A stretch of DNA of 63,666 nucleotides, counting the filler, from Chiloscyllium plagiosum (lineage: Eukaryota), in assembly GCF_004010195.1 (NCBI RefSeq). It is 4 parts of one record of this genome, joined end to end, with 100 filler letters (N's around TTAATTAATTAA, not from the genome) between each part and the next. Parts side by side here need not be neighbours in the genome. Positions count along the whole stretch, not along the records: positions 1 to 13,504 come from NC_057712.1; 3 more parts are not named here. One strand, given 5' to 3'. Below the pieces are notes generated by a model, which worked only from the letters and a program-made list of their open reading frames with translations, made no database searches and was not told the DNA's origin. Shown here piece after piece: positions 1 to 13,504 of the stretch; the stretch's first letter is position 1; every line of letters begins with the position of its first letter. Made by a program: the position numbers and the translations under genes.

Positions 1-149
1 GCAACTACACGACCCCACCCCCCACCCCAACCTTGTAGCCATTATGGTACTGAGGTGCTTTAATAGTAAATTTGACAACAGCAGAATTCTTTTACTTTCA
101 GCTTATCTGCGACCACAGCAAGTTTTACTTGGCTGGCTCTTGTCCTTTA

Positions 150-480
150 TATGAGATATGAGACAAAGGCACTACAGCTGAAGCCATTTGCTCATGGGGA
201 TCCCCACCACATAGGCCTTTGGACATCTGAAAATGCTGCTTTGGTTCCTGGATGGTGTCCTACAGGACTCTACTGCCAGGGTCCAACATATGATGGTGGT
301 CTGCTGCACTCCAGAGAGGTGTGGACCTTGAAAAGGGAGATGCCTTCAATCACTACAGTTCATCTGAGGATGAGGAGAAAGATAAAGAGGATAGTGCTAT
401 TCTGTGCAGGGACGTGACAGGAGCTATGTCAGGATTCCAACCTGCCATCAGGATGCTTCGAATAGCAGAATATTTCGATC
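150..480 (+). mobile_element. Decayed Harbinger/PIF transposase C-terminus
   Basis: One frame reads AFGHLKMLLWFLDGVLQDSTARVQHMMVVCCT, resembling the Harbinger DDE C-terminal block (FGxLKxRFRCLD..LQYSPxxVxxIIxxCCxLHN), followed by an acidic tail (SSSEDEEKDKED). Frameshifted. Confidence 0.5.
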
Positions 481-1879
481 CATGTAAGTTTCAACTGAGT
501 GTTGCTCGAACAACGTGAAAACACACAATCTTCAACAGTTCCACTCTTACTGCCAGTGAAGAATGTACATCTCTGTAAGCAGTCTAACGTCCTCCATTTC
601 TTATCCTCACCACTTCCCATTTTGCCAGTTTTCACATGAAAGAATGGGAGCTCTTTTTAACAAACACTGATGAATATCGTACAAGTGAATCACACGCTGT
701 TCTGGTCAACAGCGTAGCCACTGCGTCTAACTCTTCTGAACAATGTTTCTGGTGAGATTAAGGCAGCCACTTGCACTGTTTTAGCTGAAATGCTTGTGGC
801 AGTTGTACTTGTCATGGAGGTGCCATCAGAGGTACTTCCTGTGGTCACAAAAACAAGGACAGACACCATCACAGGGTCTGCTGCATAGGTAAAACCTCAG
901 TCAGAGGGCTTAGAAGGCTGCTAATGATTGTGGGGCTGTACTAGGGTTGCCTGCCACATCCTCACTGGTGATTGCCTTAGCCTTTGAATGGCACAATGGA
1001 GAGGACCAGCCGAGAGCTGCTGGCATTTACTGCAGACAATTTTGTACGATCAGTACCTCGAACCGGTCAGTGAATTACAGAGAATTGCATGCATTCCATG
1101 CATATCAGTATACTGTTTCAGCATCCACTCCAAATGCTGCCACATACCTCCAAGAAATTAGCCTCTCCCTCTCGATGGAGGAGAACCCAGTCAAAACACT
1201 CCACATCAACTAAGCTGCTTCATTTTCTGTCCATGACAATGCATTATCTCACACTGATGTTCATATTGCTGATCAGCATATAGCCTCCTTGCTTGTGAAG
1301 TCTGAGGCTGGGCCCCTGCATTCTCGCTGACCAGAGTTGTGTCAATCCCCCATGGTTTGAGGGGAATGCTCCATGACTGTCTTTGCCCCTCTTGCCAGCT
1401 TTTGTTGTCCAGTAGTGTGCTCCTCACCCAGCACCATCCTTTCCACTGGGCCCCTATTAATGTGAGTGCGCCTAGGGGTACACTTGAATGATGTGGCACT
1501 GCTGGGTCTGTGGTTTTCCATGTCATCTTAGGGTGCCAATGGTGTTGCTGGGGAATTGGCATGCTCTCCTCACTAGCTCTGTGGGAGACACAAGATCAAA
1601 GTAATTCAGCTCTGATAGTTGATGGCTCTTCAACACTGAGCTTCCCAATGCAAATGAACTTTTGCTCTGTAATTGGATGGGAAGAAATGCACTAACTACC
1701 CTTCCTTTATTGAAACAGGAAGGCAGAGGAGCAAGGTAATAAAATAAACCTTTCATGCTGAAGTGATTCAAATCCATTGTCATTTTCAAGAGTCTTCTGT
1801 TTTGTAATGATGATAAATTATGCAGTAGGTAGGCCAGCAGCACATAGATTAAACTATTAAAAGGTAAATTCATCTCAGA

Positions 1880-2525
1880 CGTTGTGAAACTTGAAAGGGT
1901 TCAGAAAAGAATTACAAGGATGTTGCCAGGGTTGGAAGATTTGAGCCATAGGGAGAGGTTGAATAGGCTAGGGCTGTTTTCCCTGGAGCGCCGAAGGCTG
2001 AGGGGTGATCTTATAGAGGTTTATCAAATCATGAGGGGCATGGATAGGATAAATAGACAAGGTATTTTCCTTGGGATGGGGGAGTCCAGAACTAAGTGCA
2101 TAGGTTTAGGGTGAGAGGGGAAAGATATAAAAGAGATCTAGGGGGCAACCTTTTCACACAGAGGTTGGTACATGTATGGAAGGGCTTATGCCCGAAACGT
2201 CGATTCTCCTGTTCCCTGGATGCTGCCTGACCTGCTGCGCTTTTCCAGCAACACATTTTCAGCTCTGATCTCCAGCATCTGCAGACCTCACTTTCTCCAC
2301 ATGTATGGAATGACCTGTCAGAGGTTGTGGTGGAGGCTGATACAATTGCAACATTTAAAAGGCATCTGGATGGGTTGGATGGGTATAGGAATAGGAAGGG
2401 TTTAGAGGGATATGGGCCGTGTGCTGGCGGGTGGGACTAGATTAGGTGAGGATATCTGGTCAGCGTGGACGGGTTGGTCCGAAGAGTCTGTTTCCGTGCT
2501 GTACATCTCTATGACGTTATGACTA
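1880..2525 (+). mobile_element. CR1/HER1-like LINE 3' fragment, interrupted at 2182-2298
   Basis: ORF2 C-terminus KLERVQKRITRMLPGLEDLSHRERLNRLGLFSLERRRLRGDLIEVY and CR1 3' UTR ending GCTGTACATCTCTATGAC. Confidence 0.9.
2182..2298 (+). mobile_element. PLE family A terminal fragment, 5'-truncated at hammerhead stem II
   Basis: GGGCTTATGCCCGAAACGTCGA...CCTCACTTTCTCC flanked by perfect 12-bp TSD ACATGTATGGAA (2170-2181 / 2299-2310). Confidence 0.85.
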
Positions 2526-3539
2526 CACAAAGATTGACTTGCATGTGGAATAAAATGGCAAAGGGAGAAATGCAAGCAAACTCTGGAATCTGTTGCATGT
2601 AGAAGTGGCCTCTCTGGATAGCTGAATAAACATGGACTTTTACCAACACTAATTAGCCTTGTTATCAAAAACTGCACAGTGCTATCTTGTCAGTTACTGG
2701 AAGACAATAATTTTCTTGGACTTGATTTAAGAGGCTGTAACTGACTGGAGTGAGAAGTATACTAGTGGTGCCTGGAATCCTTTCTTGAGGAATGTGGGAT
2801 AGTTTTCATATTGATATCACTTGTTTTGAATGGCAGAATTCTCTAATCTAAATGACTTGATTATTTTCGGACAACAAGGCAGCATGATGACTTGCCAGGG
2901 AAAATATCAGTGTAAGATTACAGAATTTCTGAAAATGGGACTAATTTCAGTATGCAGAGCAACTGGATCCATTCATCAATGAAAGCAGCAAGTTCATGGC
3001 AGGCCATTGGGGAGATAGCTTAGCCAAGAGAAAGGAATTCCTTGAAGGGGCTCCTAAAATTGGGATCCATTACAGCATACTTCACATTTGAAATGATGCA
3101 GAGTAATATTAGTTACCAGTATCTTAAAAACACTTAATATAAGATATTTTCAACTAGTTGAGTAGAAGTGTTAACTGTTTAAATGCCAGTGACAATTCAC
3201 AGAACAGACAATATAGAGGGAAGCAGTTCAGTCCATCTGCCTATACCAGTTCTTTAAAGGAACTATTGATTTAGCCCAGTCACTTCATTCCTTCTCTCCA
3301 GGGTTTTTTTTAATATATGAACATGCTAATGTTTCAGTTCCTAAAACGATAAATATTTGATATGATTGTTTTAATAGGTCATTACTAACATCCTGCAACC
3401 AGAGAGAAAAATGGGAACCAGCATGCAGCCTCTCTACTCCTGGGTTTGAAAGGGGAAACTTCAAGCAGGTTCCAGCTTATGTCTGTGATTTTGCAACGTA
3501 TTGCAAATGTAGATAGTGTTGACCTTTATTAGAGAGTGA

Positions 3540-4090
3540 AAGGAGTAAAGGAGTCTAGCTACAACTGAACACGACATTGAGATACCACCTGGAATACTGT
3601 ATCCAGGTTGGTATCCTGAGTCAAGGAGCAATATATCAGCATTGGATGCACATCAGGAAGATTCGGTGGGAATGATTCTTAAGTGAGGCAAGGTTGAAGA
3701 GGCCGGACCTCCTCATTGGAGTCTCAAAGAATGAGAATTGATCTTATTGAAATACAAGATCCTGAAGGGGACAGGCTCAACAAGAGAAGTTGTTTTCGCT
3801 AGGTAGGACATCTAATCAGAAAAACAGTCTCAGGATAAGAGGCCGATCACTTTATGACTGAGATGAGGTGAAATTATTTCACTCAAAGTGTTGTGAAAAT
3901 TTGGGATTCTGTACCTCCGAGGTTGTGGATTCCCCATTGTTGGATTTACTCAAGGCCAAGGTAGTTAGATCAAGATAGTCTCTCAGAAAATCATGGGATT
4001 TAGGAGTAGGCAGGAAAGTGAAGTTGAAACCCAAGATCAACTTTGGGAATGTTGCAGCAGGATCATTGGCCCTGCTGTTATTTCTGTTAT
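3540..4090 (+). mobile_element. Old CR1 LINE 3' fragment
   Basis: Degenerate HLEYC / DLIE motifs and CR1-type 3' UTR. Confidence 0.6.
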
Positions 4091-4430
4091 TTTTGTTGCA
4101 AGGGTACTGCATGAGTTGAATTTAGCCAGCCCCATACTGAAAGAATAACAAGGATGTCGACATGCTGCTACAAAAGAGTAGTTGGGGCAAATACCATAGC
4201 TGCCATGAAGGGAAAGTGCAGTAAGTAGGAGGGAGAAAGGGAGGAGGTTTATTTGTTGCTGGCAGAGGTGGATTGAATGGCCGGTTTCTGGTTATAAATT
4301 GTGTTGATATATGTCGGTCTGATTTGGCATAGGATCATAATGCAAAACAATTTTTAATTGCCTAAATTAGCTTCTTGTTGTTAGGGTGTAGAAAGAGTCA
4401 AAATTGAAAATTGGCACAATAGAGATGGCA

Positions 4431-5922
4431 GGAGAAAGTGAGGACTGCAGGTGCCGGAGATCAGAGTCAAAGAGTGTGCCGCTAGTAAAGCACAGCCGGT
4501 CAGGCAGCATCCAAGGAGCAGAAGAGTCGCTGTTTCGGGCATAAGCCCATCATCAGGAATGGGGCTTGTGGGCCAAGGAGGCTGAGAGATAAATTGAAGA
4601 GGGTGGAGCTGGGGGAAGGTAGCTGGGAAAGTAATAGGTAGATAAAAGTGGAGTGAAAGTGATGGGTCAGAGAGGAGGGTGAAGTGGATAGGTGGGAAGG
4701 AAGATGGACAGGTAGGACAGATCAAGAGGGCGTTGCCGAGATGGGCGGTTGGGACTGAGATAAGGTGGGGGGTGGGGGAAGGGAAATGGGGAAACTGGTG
4801 AAATCCACATTGATCCTGTGTGGTTGAAGTGCCCCAAGATGGAGATGAGGCATTCTTCCTCCAGGCGTCAGGTGGTGAGGGTGTGGCAATAGAGGAGGCC
4901 CAGGACCTGCATGCTCTTGCCGGAGTCGGGGAGAGGGGTGGGGGGTGGGATAGTTAAAATGTTCAGCTATAGGGTGGGGATTTGGTTGGTGTGGGTATCC
5001 CAGAGATGTTCTCTGGCAATTTGGCATCCTGTCTCCCCAATGTAGAGGAGACCATATCGGGTGCAACGGATGCAGTAGATGACGTGTGTGGAGGTACAGG
5101 TAAATTTCTGTCAGATGTGGAAGGATCCTTTGGGGCTTCGGATGGAGGTGTAAGGGGAGGTGCAGGCACAGGTTTTGGACTTCCTTCGATGGCAGGGAAA
5201 GGTGATGGGAGGGGAGGGTGGGTTGGTGGGGGTCATAGACCTGACAAAGGAGTGGCAGAGGGAATGGTCGCTCTGAAACGTAGATAGGGGTGGGGAGGGA
5301 AATATATCCCTAGTGGTGGGGTCTGTTTTGTCGGTGGCGGAAGTGGCGAAGGATGATGTGCATCCAGAGGTTGGTGGGGTGGAAGGTGAGGACCAGGGGG
5401 GTTGTGTCCTTGTTGTGGTTGGAGGGGTGGGGTGCGAGGGTGGAGGTGTGGGAAGTGGAGGACATGCGTTGGAGGGCATTGTCAACCACGTGGGTGGGGA
5501 AATTGCGGTCTTTGACAAAGGAGGCCATCTGTTCTGTGGTAGAAATGGTCCTCCTGGGAGCAGATAAGGCGGAGGAATTGAGAATAAAGAATATCATTTT
5601 TACAGGAGTCAGGGTGGGAGGTGTAGTCTAGGTAGCTGTGGGAATCGGTGGGTTAGTAGTGGATGTCTGTGTTGATTCGGTCGCTGGAAGTGGAGATGGA
5701 GAGGTCCATGAAGTGGTGGTGGGGGGGGGGGAGGTGGTGGTGTCTGAGGTGGTCCAGGTGAAATTGAGGTCAGGGTGAGGTTTGTGAAGCTGATGAACTG
5801 TTCAACCTCGTCATGAGAGCATGAGGTGGTGCTGATACAGTCATTGATGTAGCGGATGAAAAGGTGGGGAATGCTGCGGAAGATGGACTGTTCCACATAC
5901 CTGATGAAGAGGCAGGCATAGC
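4431..5922 (-). mobile_element. Penelope-like element family A, 5'-truncated: RT C-terminus, GIY-YIG endonuclease and terminal repeat
   Basis: Minus-strand frames give LFIRYINDCI (RT YxDD motif, decayed) and HVIYCIRCTRYGLLYIGET (GIY-YIG). The 3' region contains CTGATGATGGGCTTATGCCCGAAACAGC (~4530-4556) and ends CTTTCTCC at 4431. Confidence 0.85.
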
Positions 5923-8119
5923 TGGTGCAATAGAAATAGTACTCGTGGCTGGGTTTGATTAGAAGGCACTTAATATCAAGTGTGCCATACCCGATCTAGA
6001 CCTTCCTGATGTTGCAAACAGTTGACTCATGTAGAGCGTCTTTCATTCCCCATCTCTCACCTTCTGTTAATAAGCACAATATTTACTGAATGAGAACAGG
6101 CAGGTTTCATTGAACTCATTAATCTATCCTTGGTATGTGAAGGCAAACTGAAACATTAAGCCAATTAAACATTTTTCCATATTACTCATTCAGCTGCAGG
6201 CAGTTCTAAAGTACAAGGACTGCATATGTAGACACTGCACATGTGTATGCACTGTTCAGTTGTCAACCTAAAGGCCATGCCAGTACTATCCAGCCATCAA
6301 TTATTGTTGTTTGGTCATAAACTCCATAAATCTTATTTAAGTGTGCCATCACAATAAAGTTCTATTTCCCTGCGAACATTGCTGGCAGGAAGCAGAGAAA
6401 CTCTCCTGCTGCCCTGACCAACATTTTCCTTTTGTTTAACAGATAAACGTGCCATTTATTTTGGTGCATTTTGAGGGACCTTGACAGTTTGGTTGCAGCA
6501 TTTACCATGTAGGTGGGGGGTATGGGTCCATGATTTTCAGACCCTTTCCCCCCCATGGTGACAACATTCCCTTAACTGTTGGGATAAAACAGAGAAAAAC
6601 GTTTCATTTCTAAGCCAAAGTTAGGATGTCCCATTGACAGCGAGTTACCTTTTGAAATGTAGTCCCCGTTATTTTGTCGGATAATATGTTGCAGCAGCAC
6701 CTGTATCAGTATTGGTGCCAGTGCCCCATACTCTGTGATCAGAAAGGTATCATAGTAGATTCATACGATTCAAAATCTTCTTCGGTTATCAGCTGCAGGC
6801 CCAGTGTGAAAACTGCAATCACATTAGATGTCCATCACTTGAACATTGCCATTCCTTTTTTAGCAGACTCAACAAGGTCACCTCATGTCCCTTGACCAAG
6901 TGGCCTCTTCGTGTTCCATGCCCTTTTACCATCTTAATAAGGTTTGTTTCTTTTAAACCAACTTTTCTAAAATGGTGGCTCACTTAAAGATCTGTCCCCT
7001 GACCACCTCCCCATCAACTTACATATATCTTTCAGGATCCATATTAGTAGGTTCACCAGAGAGACTGATGCTCTGACCTTTAACGCGTCGTAAAAGTCAG
7101 CTGCAACTTCTCAATTTGTTAGGTCGCTAGTCATTTTAATTCAAGGTTCACCGGGCCTGACCAATAAAAATGTGTTGGTGCATTTATTTCAACTCTAAAT
7201 GTCAAGTTGCTCCAAGAAGGGAGTATTTTGTTGAACAATTTCCATATAAAAAGCTTATTATCAACATGTCTATCTGCTAATGGCAATAATCCATTATGTT
7301 TGCGACTGGAATAGAGACCTTGAGCTGATTAAATAAATCCCTTGCCGGTGCCTCACTGTTCAATCAATGCTCTGTTTTACAGCAGTACAATAAATAGCCT
7401 GTGCATAATGTACTCAGGTGCACCTCATCCTTCCCAGAGAAATATAAAACTTTTAATTGTAGGCCAGTGGCAGAAGCTATTGACTTGTGAGAATTGTTAT
7501 ATATTTTATAACCCACACAATTTGACGATGGTATCAATTTTAGAGTGAGAACACGGGTCAGAAAATCTCCCTTTCCAGAGATTCAGTACTTTTCAGTTCA
7601 ATAAAGAGCTTGCATTGCTTGTGTTTTACCACATAAATCAACAGGTGCAGTTTTGGTTTCATGCTTTTAAATCTTTTAAATCAAGCGCGGACACAACAAT
7701 TCTAATTTTAGCAAGATACAGGAGTTGTAAAAGATCATCAGGCTGTCAGCAGAAATGGCAAATGTTGGCCATTTTGACCAAGTAGCATCTTAAGAAGCAG
7801 CTGGTAGTGTTGAAGCCTCTCAGGTGGGTTGGCTGGCTTTCCAATTGCACCCCAGGTCATCTCTCAAGGAATGCCAATTCTCTGCTGGGCAGCCAAACCT
7901 CTTAGGGCATTATGGATCTTAATTAGGACAAAAAAAAGCTAGACTCTCCCCTGTCTGCAATTGTTCCAAGAACAGGCAAATTAGGAGCAAGGGAAACTGG
8001 TCAAACCCTTCAAGACTGCTCTGGCAATCAGCAATTCATGACTGATTAAATTCTAGCCTCGTCTTCACATTGCTGGCTGCCCCCCTAACCCTCAATTCCC
8101 GTCTGTTTGGAGGATATAG

Positions 8120-8645
8120 GCTTTGCTGGACGGGGTAGCAATTATTGTCCTTGAGAAGGTGATGTTGAGCTGCTTTCTTTTCCCACTGCAGTCCATTTGG
8201 TGAAAGTGGTCGAATAGTTCTGTTAGGGAGGGAGTTCCAGGACTTTCACTCAGTCTGTATCCAAGCCAAGTGTGAACACTTGGAGAGGAACTTGCAGGAG
8301 TTGTGTTCCCATGCATTTGCTGCCCTTGTCCTTCAAGGTAGTAGTGGTTGTGGTCGAAGATGCTGTCTAAGGAGCCTTGTTGAATTTCTGCAGTGTACCT
8401 TGTAGATGGTCCACTCTGCTGCAATAAATGTCATATGGGAGTGAATGAGGGGGTGATGCCAATCAAATGGGCTGCTCTATCCTGGATAGTGTTCTATTTG
8501 TGTAATGTTGGAGCTGCCCTCATCCAGGCAAGTGCAGAGTATCCCATCACAAGTTTTGACTTGTGCCTTATAGATTATAGGTAAGCTTTGGAGAGTCAGG
8601 AGGTGAATTACTCATTGCACAATTCCTAGCATCTAACCTGCACTT
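8120..8645 (-). mobile_element. CR1/L2-group LINE (second family) 3' fragment
   Basis: Reverse complement of the family seen at 33300-34005 and 48460-49030 (CCACTTGCCTGGATG..., AAGCTCAACAC...). Continues at ~9290-9570. Confidence 0.65.
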
Positions 8646-8649
8646 AGAG

Positions 8650-9135
8650 TCCTACAGCACGGAGACAGTCCCTTTGGCCCAAACTGGTCCATGCTGACCA
8701 AACTGTCGATCCACACTAACCCCATTCCCTGCACTTAGCCAATATCCTTCCAAACCTTTCCTATCCATGTACTTGTCCAAATGCCTTTTAAATATTGTTA
8801 ATGTACCCACAACAACCACTTCTGCTGGCAGCTCATTCCATATGCATACCACCCTCTGTGTAAAACGGTTGCCTCTCAGGTTCCCTTTTTTTTTACCTCT
8901 AACCTTAAACTGATGCCCTCTAGTCCCTGATTCCCCAACCCGGGTAAAAAGACTGAGTGCATTCACCTCTCATGATCTGATATACTTATATAAGATCCCC
9001 CCTCAGTCTCCTATGCTTTAAAGAAAAAAAGTCCTCGCTTGTCCAATCTTTCCCTAGAACTCAGACCATTGAGCCTGGCAACATCCTTGTGAATTTCTTC
9101 TGCACTCTTTCCAGTTTAATCACATCCTTCCTATT
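8650..9135 (-). mobile_element. CR1 LINE 3' fragment
   Basis: ORF 8652..8966 TRGHQFKVRG...FTQRVVCIWNELPAEVV...FKRHLDKYM. Confidence 0.85.
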
Positions 9136-10149
9136 GTACTTATAGTCACCATATTCTTACTTTAATCATCTTGTTCAGACATAATACAGCAGCCATCTGA
9201 GGCAAGTTAAATTAAACCTGGGCCTTCTGGTTCTGAGGTGGGAACTCTACCACTGCACCACAAGAAATTTTGTCACAATATTTATATGGATAGTCAATTA
9301 TCTGGTCAGCGGAAATGTCGAGAATGTTGACAGTGTGGTAGTCAGCAATGGGAATACCGTTGAACATCAAGAGGTGATAGTTAGATTCTGTATTGGTGGA
9401 GATGGTCACTTGTGTAGTATGAATGCTAATAGCTACTTGTCAGTCCAATTCTGGATATTGTCCAGGTATTGCTGTATTTGGAGATGAATTGCATCTGAGA
9501 AATCAAAAATGATACTGAGTATTGTGCAATCGTCAGTAAATATCTTCATTTCCAACCTTATGATGGAGCAAAAGTGTTTGTGGTCAAAATTCTACCTAAC
9601 TCTGCCTTAAGAATATTTAATGTCTCATTCCCTCCTGCTCTCTGGGGAAGAAACCGCTATTGACCTACATTGAGACAAAAAAGATCTCTCCCTTCCCGCT
9701 TTAAAAAGGAGGGCCCTCATTAAGGCTTGATAAAGCTGTAGCAATACTTCCATACTTCCCCTTGAATAAAAACATCAACACTCAATTTGCTTTGCTATTT
9801 GTTTGCTGTGCCTATTCACCCTATACATGCCTCTCATAATTTTATGTTTTTGGTTAGCCTGCTATCACTGCCCTAATAAAATATTCTAGAACTTTCCCTC
9901 TGACAGACATTAGACTAACTGGCCTGTGGTTTTCTGCTTTCTCCATTCCTTCTTGATTGAAGGTGTTACATTTGCAATTTTCCCAACCGCTGGGATCGTT
10001 TCAAAATCGAAGCTGTTTTGAAAGCTCACAAACAATGTTACCAATTCCTAAAGCACTGGCAAAGAAACACATTGAATAGACACTTGCCTCATTGATACTT
10101 GTGGTATCCTATGTCAGTAATGACTGTTCATCATCATTGGCAATCACTC

Positions 10150-10400
10150 ACTAACCAGTACAATTGTCTACCTAGGAAATTCCGTGGGTCACTGGTTATG
10201 GGTTCTGTGTGTCCTTGTGTGGCAGATGAGCCTGATCTAGGAGCCACATCTCCAACCAGATTTGCCAGATATTTCCGAGCAGTGGAATTGGTCCTTGGCC
10301 TCAAAATCATTGGCATTCCTTTTCTATTCTTCCTCTTCCTAATGGATATTCTTAAGTAATTGTGTCCCTCGTACAGGAGTTTCGATTATTTTGGTTTCTT
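10150..10400 (-). mobile_element. RTE-clade LINE 3' end relic
   Basis: Minus frame ...WRCGS*IRLICHTRTHRT resembles the C-terminal C2H2-like tail (CxSxIGLxSHxRxH) of RTE ORF2. Confidence 0.45.
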
Positions 10401-10609
10401 CTGAACAAGAATGAAACACACTGAGGAAAGTGACTAGGAAAACCTGCCCAAGTAGAGCCACAATTCTCCCCATGTCCAAGCAGATTTTACTTGTCCGATT
10501 AATCATCCAATTTATTTTTGAAAGTTACTATTGATTCTGCTTCCATCAGCATTTCAGTGTCTGGCTGAGCAGAATCGATGGGTCATATGACCTAACTCAT
10601 TATTATAGA

Positions 10610-10920
10610 CTCCCTACAGTGTGGAAACAGGCCTTTTGGCCCAGCAAGTCCACATCCACCCTCCAAAGACTATCCCACCCAGATCCATTCCCCTATTGCT
10701 CTAAATTTCCTCTGACTAATGAACCTAATCTACACATCCCTGAACACTACGAACAATTTAGCCTGGCCAATTCACCTAATGCCTGCACATCTTTGGACTG
10801 TGGGAGGAAACCTACACAGACCCAAGGAGAATGCGCAAACTCCACACAGTCACCCGAGGCTGGGATCGAACCCAGGTCCCTGAGGCAGCAGTGCTAACCA
10901 CTGAGCCACCATGCCGCCCC
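10610..10920 (-). mobile_element. HE1-type V-SINE
   Basis: tRNA-like head GGGCGGCATGGTGGCTCAGTGGTTAGCACTGCTGCCTCA, V-domain core GTTTCCTCCCACAGTCCAAAGATGTGCAGG, CR1-like tail GGCCTGTTTCCACACTGTAGG. Confidence 0.9.
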
Positions 10921-11205
10921 AACTCTGCTCCTATATCTTGTGGTCTCGTGGTATTCCAAATCATGACAACTTGCTGCTTATACAAAAGTTATTTTGTCAT
11001 CAACTTAAATCTGTTTCCTTCAGTTAGAAACCCTACTGCCACTGGAAAGCTTCTTCTTATTTACTCAAACAACATCATCAAGGTTTTGAAAATCTCAATC
11101 AAATTTCCTCTTTATCTTCTCTGCAATTAAGGTCTACAAACCAATTTTTGTAGTCTCTCCGGGTATTTAAAATGTTTTTTGGAGAGCCTGCGATCACTGC
11201 CTTAA

Positions 11206-11286
11206 GGAGAAAGTGAGGACTGCAGATGCTGGAGATCAGAGCTGAAAAATATGTTGCTGGAAGAGCGCTTTTCCAGCAACACATAG
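11206..11286 (-). mobile_element. PLE family A mini fold-back insertion
   Basis: Element 3' end GGAGAAAGTGAGG... with short inverted arm TGTTGCTGGAAGAGCGCTTTTCCAGCAACA; 14-bp TSD GATCACTGCCTTAA (11192-11205 / 11287-11300). Confidence 0.8.
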
Positions 11287-11754
11287 ATCACTGCCTTAAT
11301 AAAAGATTCTAGAACTTTCCCTCTGACAGCTGTTAGGCTAACTGGGCTGTGGTTTTCCGCTTTCTCCATTCTTTCTTGATTGAAGGCGTTACATTTGCAA
11401 TTTTCCCAACTGCTGGGATCCATATGTTTCAGAGAGTTCTAGTTAATATCCTCTGCATCATCTTAAACTTCTTAAGAATTGTTTGGAAAGTGTGATGATC
11501 AGAATTGGCCACAGTAACTGGTTGTTAGCCAGTGAACTATAATGAGGTTGCATAACTTATTTCTTTTGCACTTTAAATCTATGTTTATAAAATCAAGGAA
11601 CCTGTATTCTGTTTAAACGGCCTTTTCAACTCATCCGATTACCTTCAAAGGATTGATTTGGGAATATACTCCCAATAATGTTTGTTGCAGCTATCCAGGT
11701 GAAATTGGAAATGTAAAAACTGGGCCTTCCAAAGCTTTCTTCAAGAAGTTCTGT

Positions 11755-12345
11755 GAGTATAGGAGTTGGTACAATGTATTGAGGTTGTACAGAACATTGG
11801 TGAGGCTTCTTCCAGAGTGCTGAGTCCAGTTCTGCTCACCCCGTTATAGGAAAGATATTATTAAACTGGCAAAGGTTCAGAAGACATTTACCAGCATGTT
11901 GCCAGGTATGTAAGGTTTGAGTTATAAAGAATGGAGGGAGAGGCTGGGACATTTTTCGCTGGAATGTAAGAGGTTGAGAGTTGACCTTATAGAGGTTTAT
12001 AAAATCATGAGAGGTATAGACAGACTTAATGGTCAGTGTCTTTTTCCTCGGATGGAGATTTCAAGACTATGGGCACATTTCTAAGTTGAGAGAAGAGAGG
12101 TTTAAAAAAGATAAATGTTTTATACAGAGAGTGGTTTGCATGTGAAATGAACCTCCTGAGGAAATGGTGGTTGTGGGCACAGTTACAAAGTTTAAAAGAC
12201 ATTTGGCTGACTCCGTGAATAGGAAAGGTTTGGAGCAATATGGGCCAGTAGCAGGTAGATGGGACTAGTTTAGTTTGGGATTATGGTCAGCATTGTCTGG
12301 TTGGCCAAAGGGTCTGTTTCGGTGCCGTCTGACTCTATGACTCTG
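11755..12345 (+). mobile_element. CR1 LINE 3' fragment
   Basis: Typical CR1 ORF2 end and 3' UTR ending GACTCTATGACTCT. Confidence 0.85.
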
Positions 12346-13504
12346 TGTCCACATGCACAGCTGCATGTCAGTCTTAAAGAGGTGGTGCAGTGCAAAAGTA
12401 CTGGTTATGTCCAGTAAACACTAGTTAGAAAGAACAGTGCTCTCTGTATTTCTCTTTTCCAGCATGCCCTCTAAAATTGTAGCATTTAGTTTACTTGACG
12501 TCTCCTCCTCCTTTCTGTCAAAATGAATTACACACGTTTCTCTTCATCTACTGTGTGCCTGCCCATTCCACCATTCTGTTGAAATTTTTCTGAAGTCTTC
12601 TCACTGCTTAATGTGTTTCTGAGTTTTCTCAGTCACTCCAAACTTCATGTCCCATGTTTTGTTATTCACTGTGGGATGTGGGTGTCACTGGCTGGCCAGT
12701 ATATAATGCCCATCTCTGATTGACCTTGAGAAGGTGGTGGTGAGCTGCCTTGAACTCCAGTTTAAACAAAAACGTCAGTGTAATTCATTGTATGTGAAGT
12801 GCTCCTGGATATACTTTATACAAATTTTCCTTCAATAAGATTTTAATAGCCAAAGTATGATATCCCAGAAAGAGGGGGGGCTGTTGAAATAATAGCAACT
12901 TTCTTTTAGACCATAAGACATAGGAGCAAAAAGTACGCCATTCAGCCCATGAAGCCTGCTCCACAGTTCAATCATGGCGGATAAGTTTCTCAACTCCATT
13001 TTCCCACTTTCTGCCTGTAACCCTTAATTCCCTTGATACTCATGAGCCTACCTATCTCTGTTTTAAGTATACTCAATGATTCTGGATATTCCAAGGTGGA
13101 GGACGGGAAGAATTTCTAGCTGTAAGAGCTGTTCCTTTTTTTGAGGTATTTTAGGTGTTGGAGGTGATTTCCTCGAATTCCAGGAGCAGCAATTACTGTT
13201 TTAGATGCTGTTGCATTGTTTTGGAACTTTGGAAAAAAAAAGTCAAAACAACAGCAGTTTAAAAGGGAGAAGAGCAAACAAAGGAAGCACATGGTGAGGA
13301 CAGTACAGGAGAGAGAGAGAGAACCTGCACAGTTACTGCCTTTGCTGTTTGAATTTGTGTATTGCTGGACATCGGAGTGCATCTGGGAAAATTAACAAAC
13401 AATGAATTTCACAACTGATCTTGGAGGAACTAGTTTGGGCGAAGTTCACAGCACAGAGTCAGATAAGTTAATTGTTGTTTTAAGTCTGTCCAAGAGAAAG
13501 GCTG

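Noticed and set aside
3290..3392. Minus-strand acceptor TTTTCTCTCTGGTTGCAG|GATGTT as a possible later MRPS18A exon (expected DVLLLSQF)
   Set aside because: Translation continues DVSNDLLKQSYQ with no similarity and reaches a stop.
6362..6960. Short minus-strand ORFs/exon-like segments (KGMLSPWGGKGLKIMDPYPPPTW*, MGGKGSENHG...)
   Set aside because: No recognisable homology, several stops in all frames and no match to MRPS18A.
10860..10920. tRNA-like sequences at SINE heads (also 17395, 34247, 37012, 43320, 54744)
   Set aside because: They are A/B-box heads of SINEs and run directly into SINE bodies, so they are not tRNA genes.
13116..13504. 88-aa minus ORF and purine-rich segment before the gap
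   Set aside because: Looks like the non-coding end of a repeat; class cannot be assigned and there is no coding evidence.
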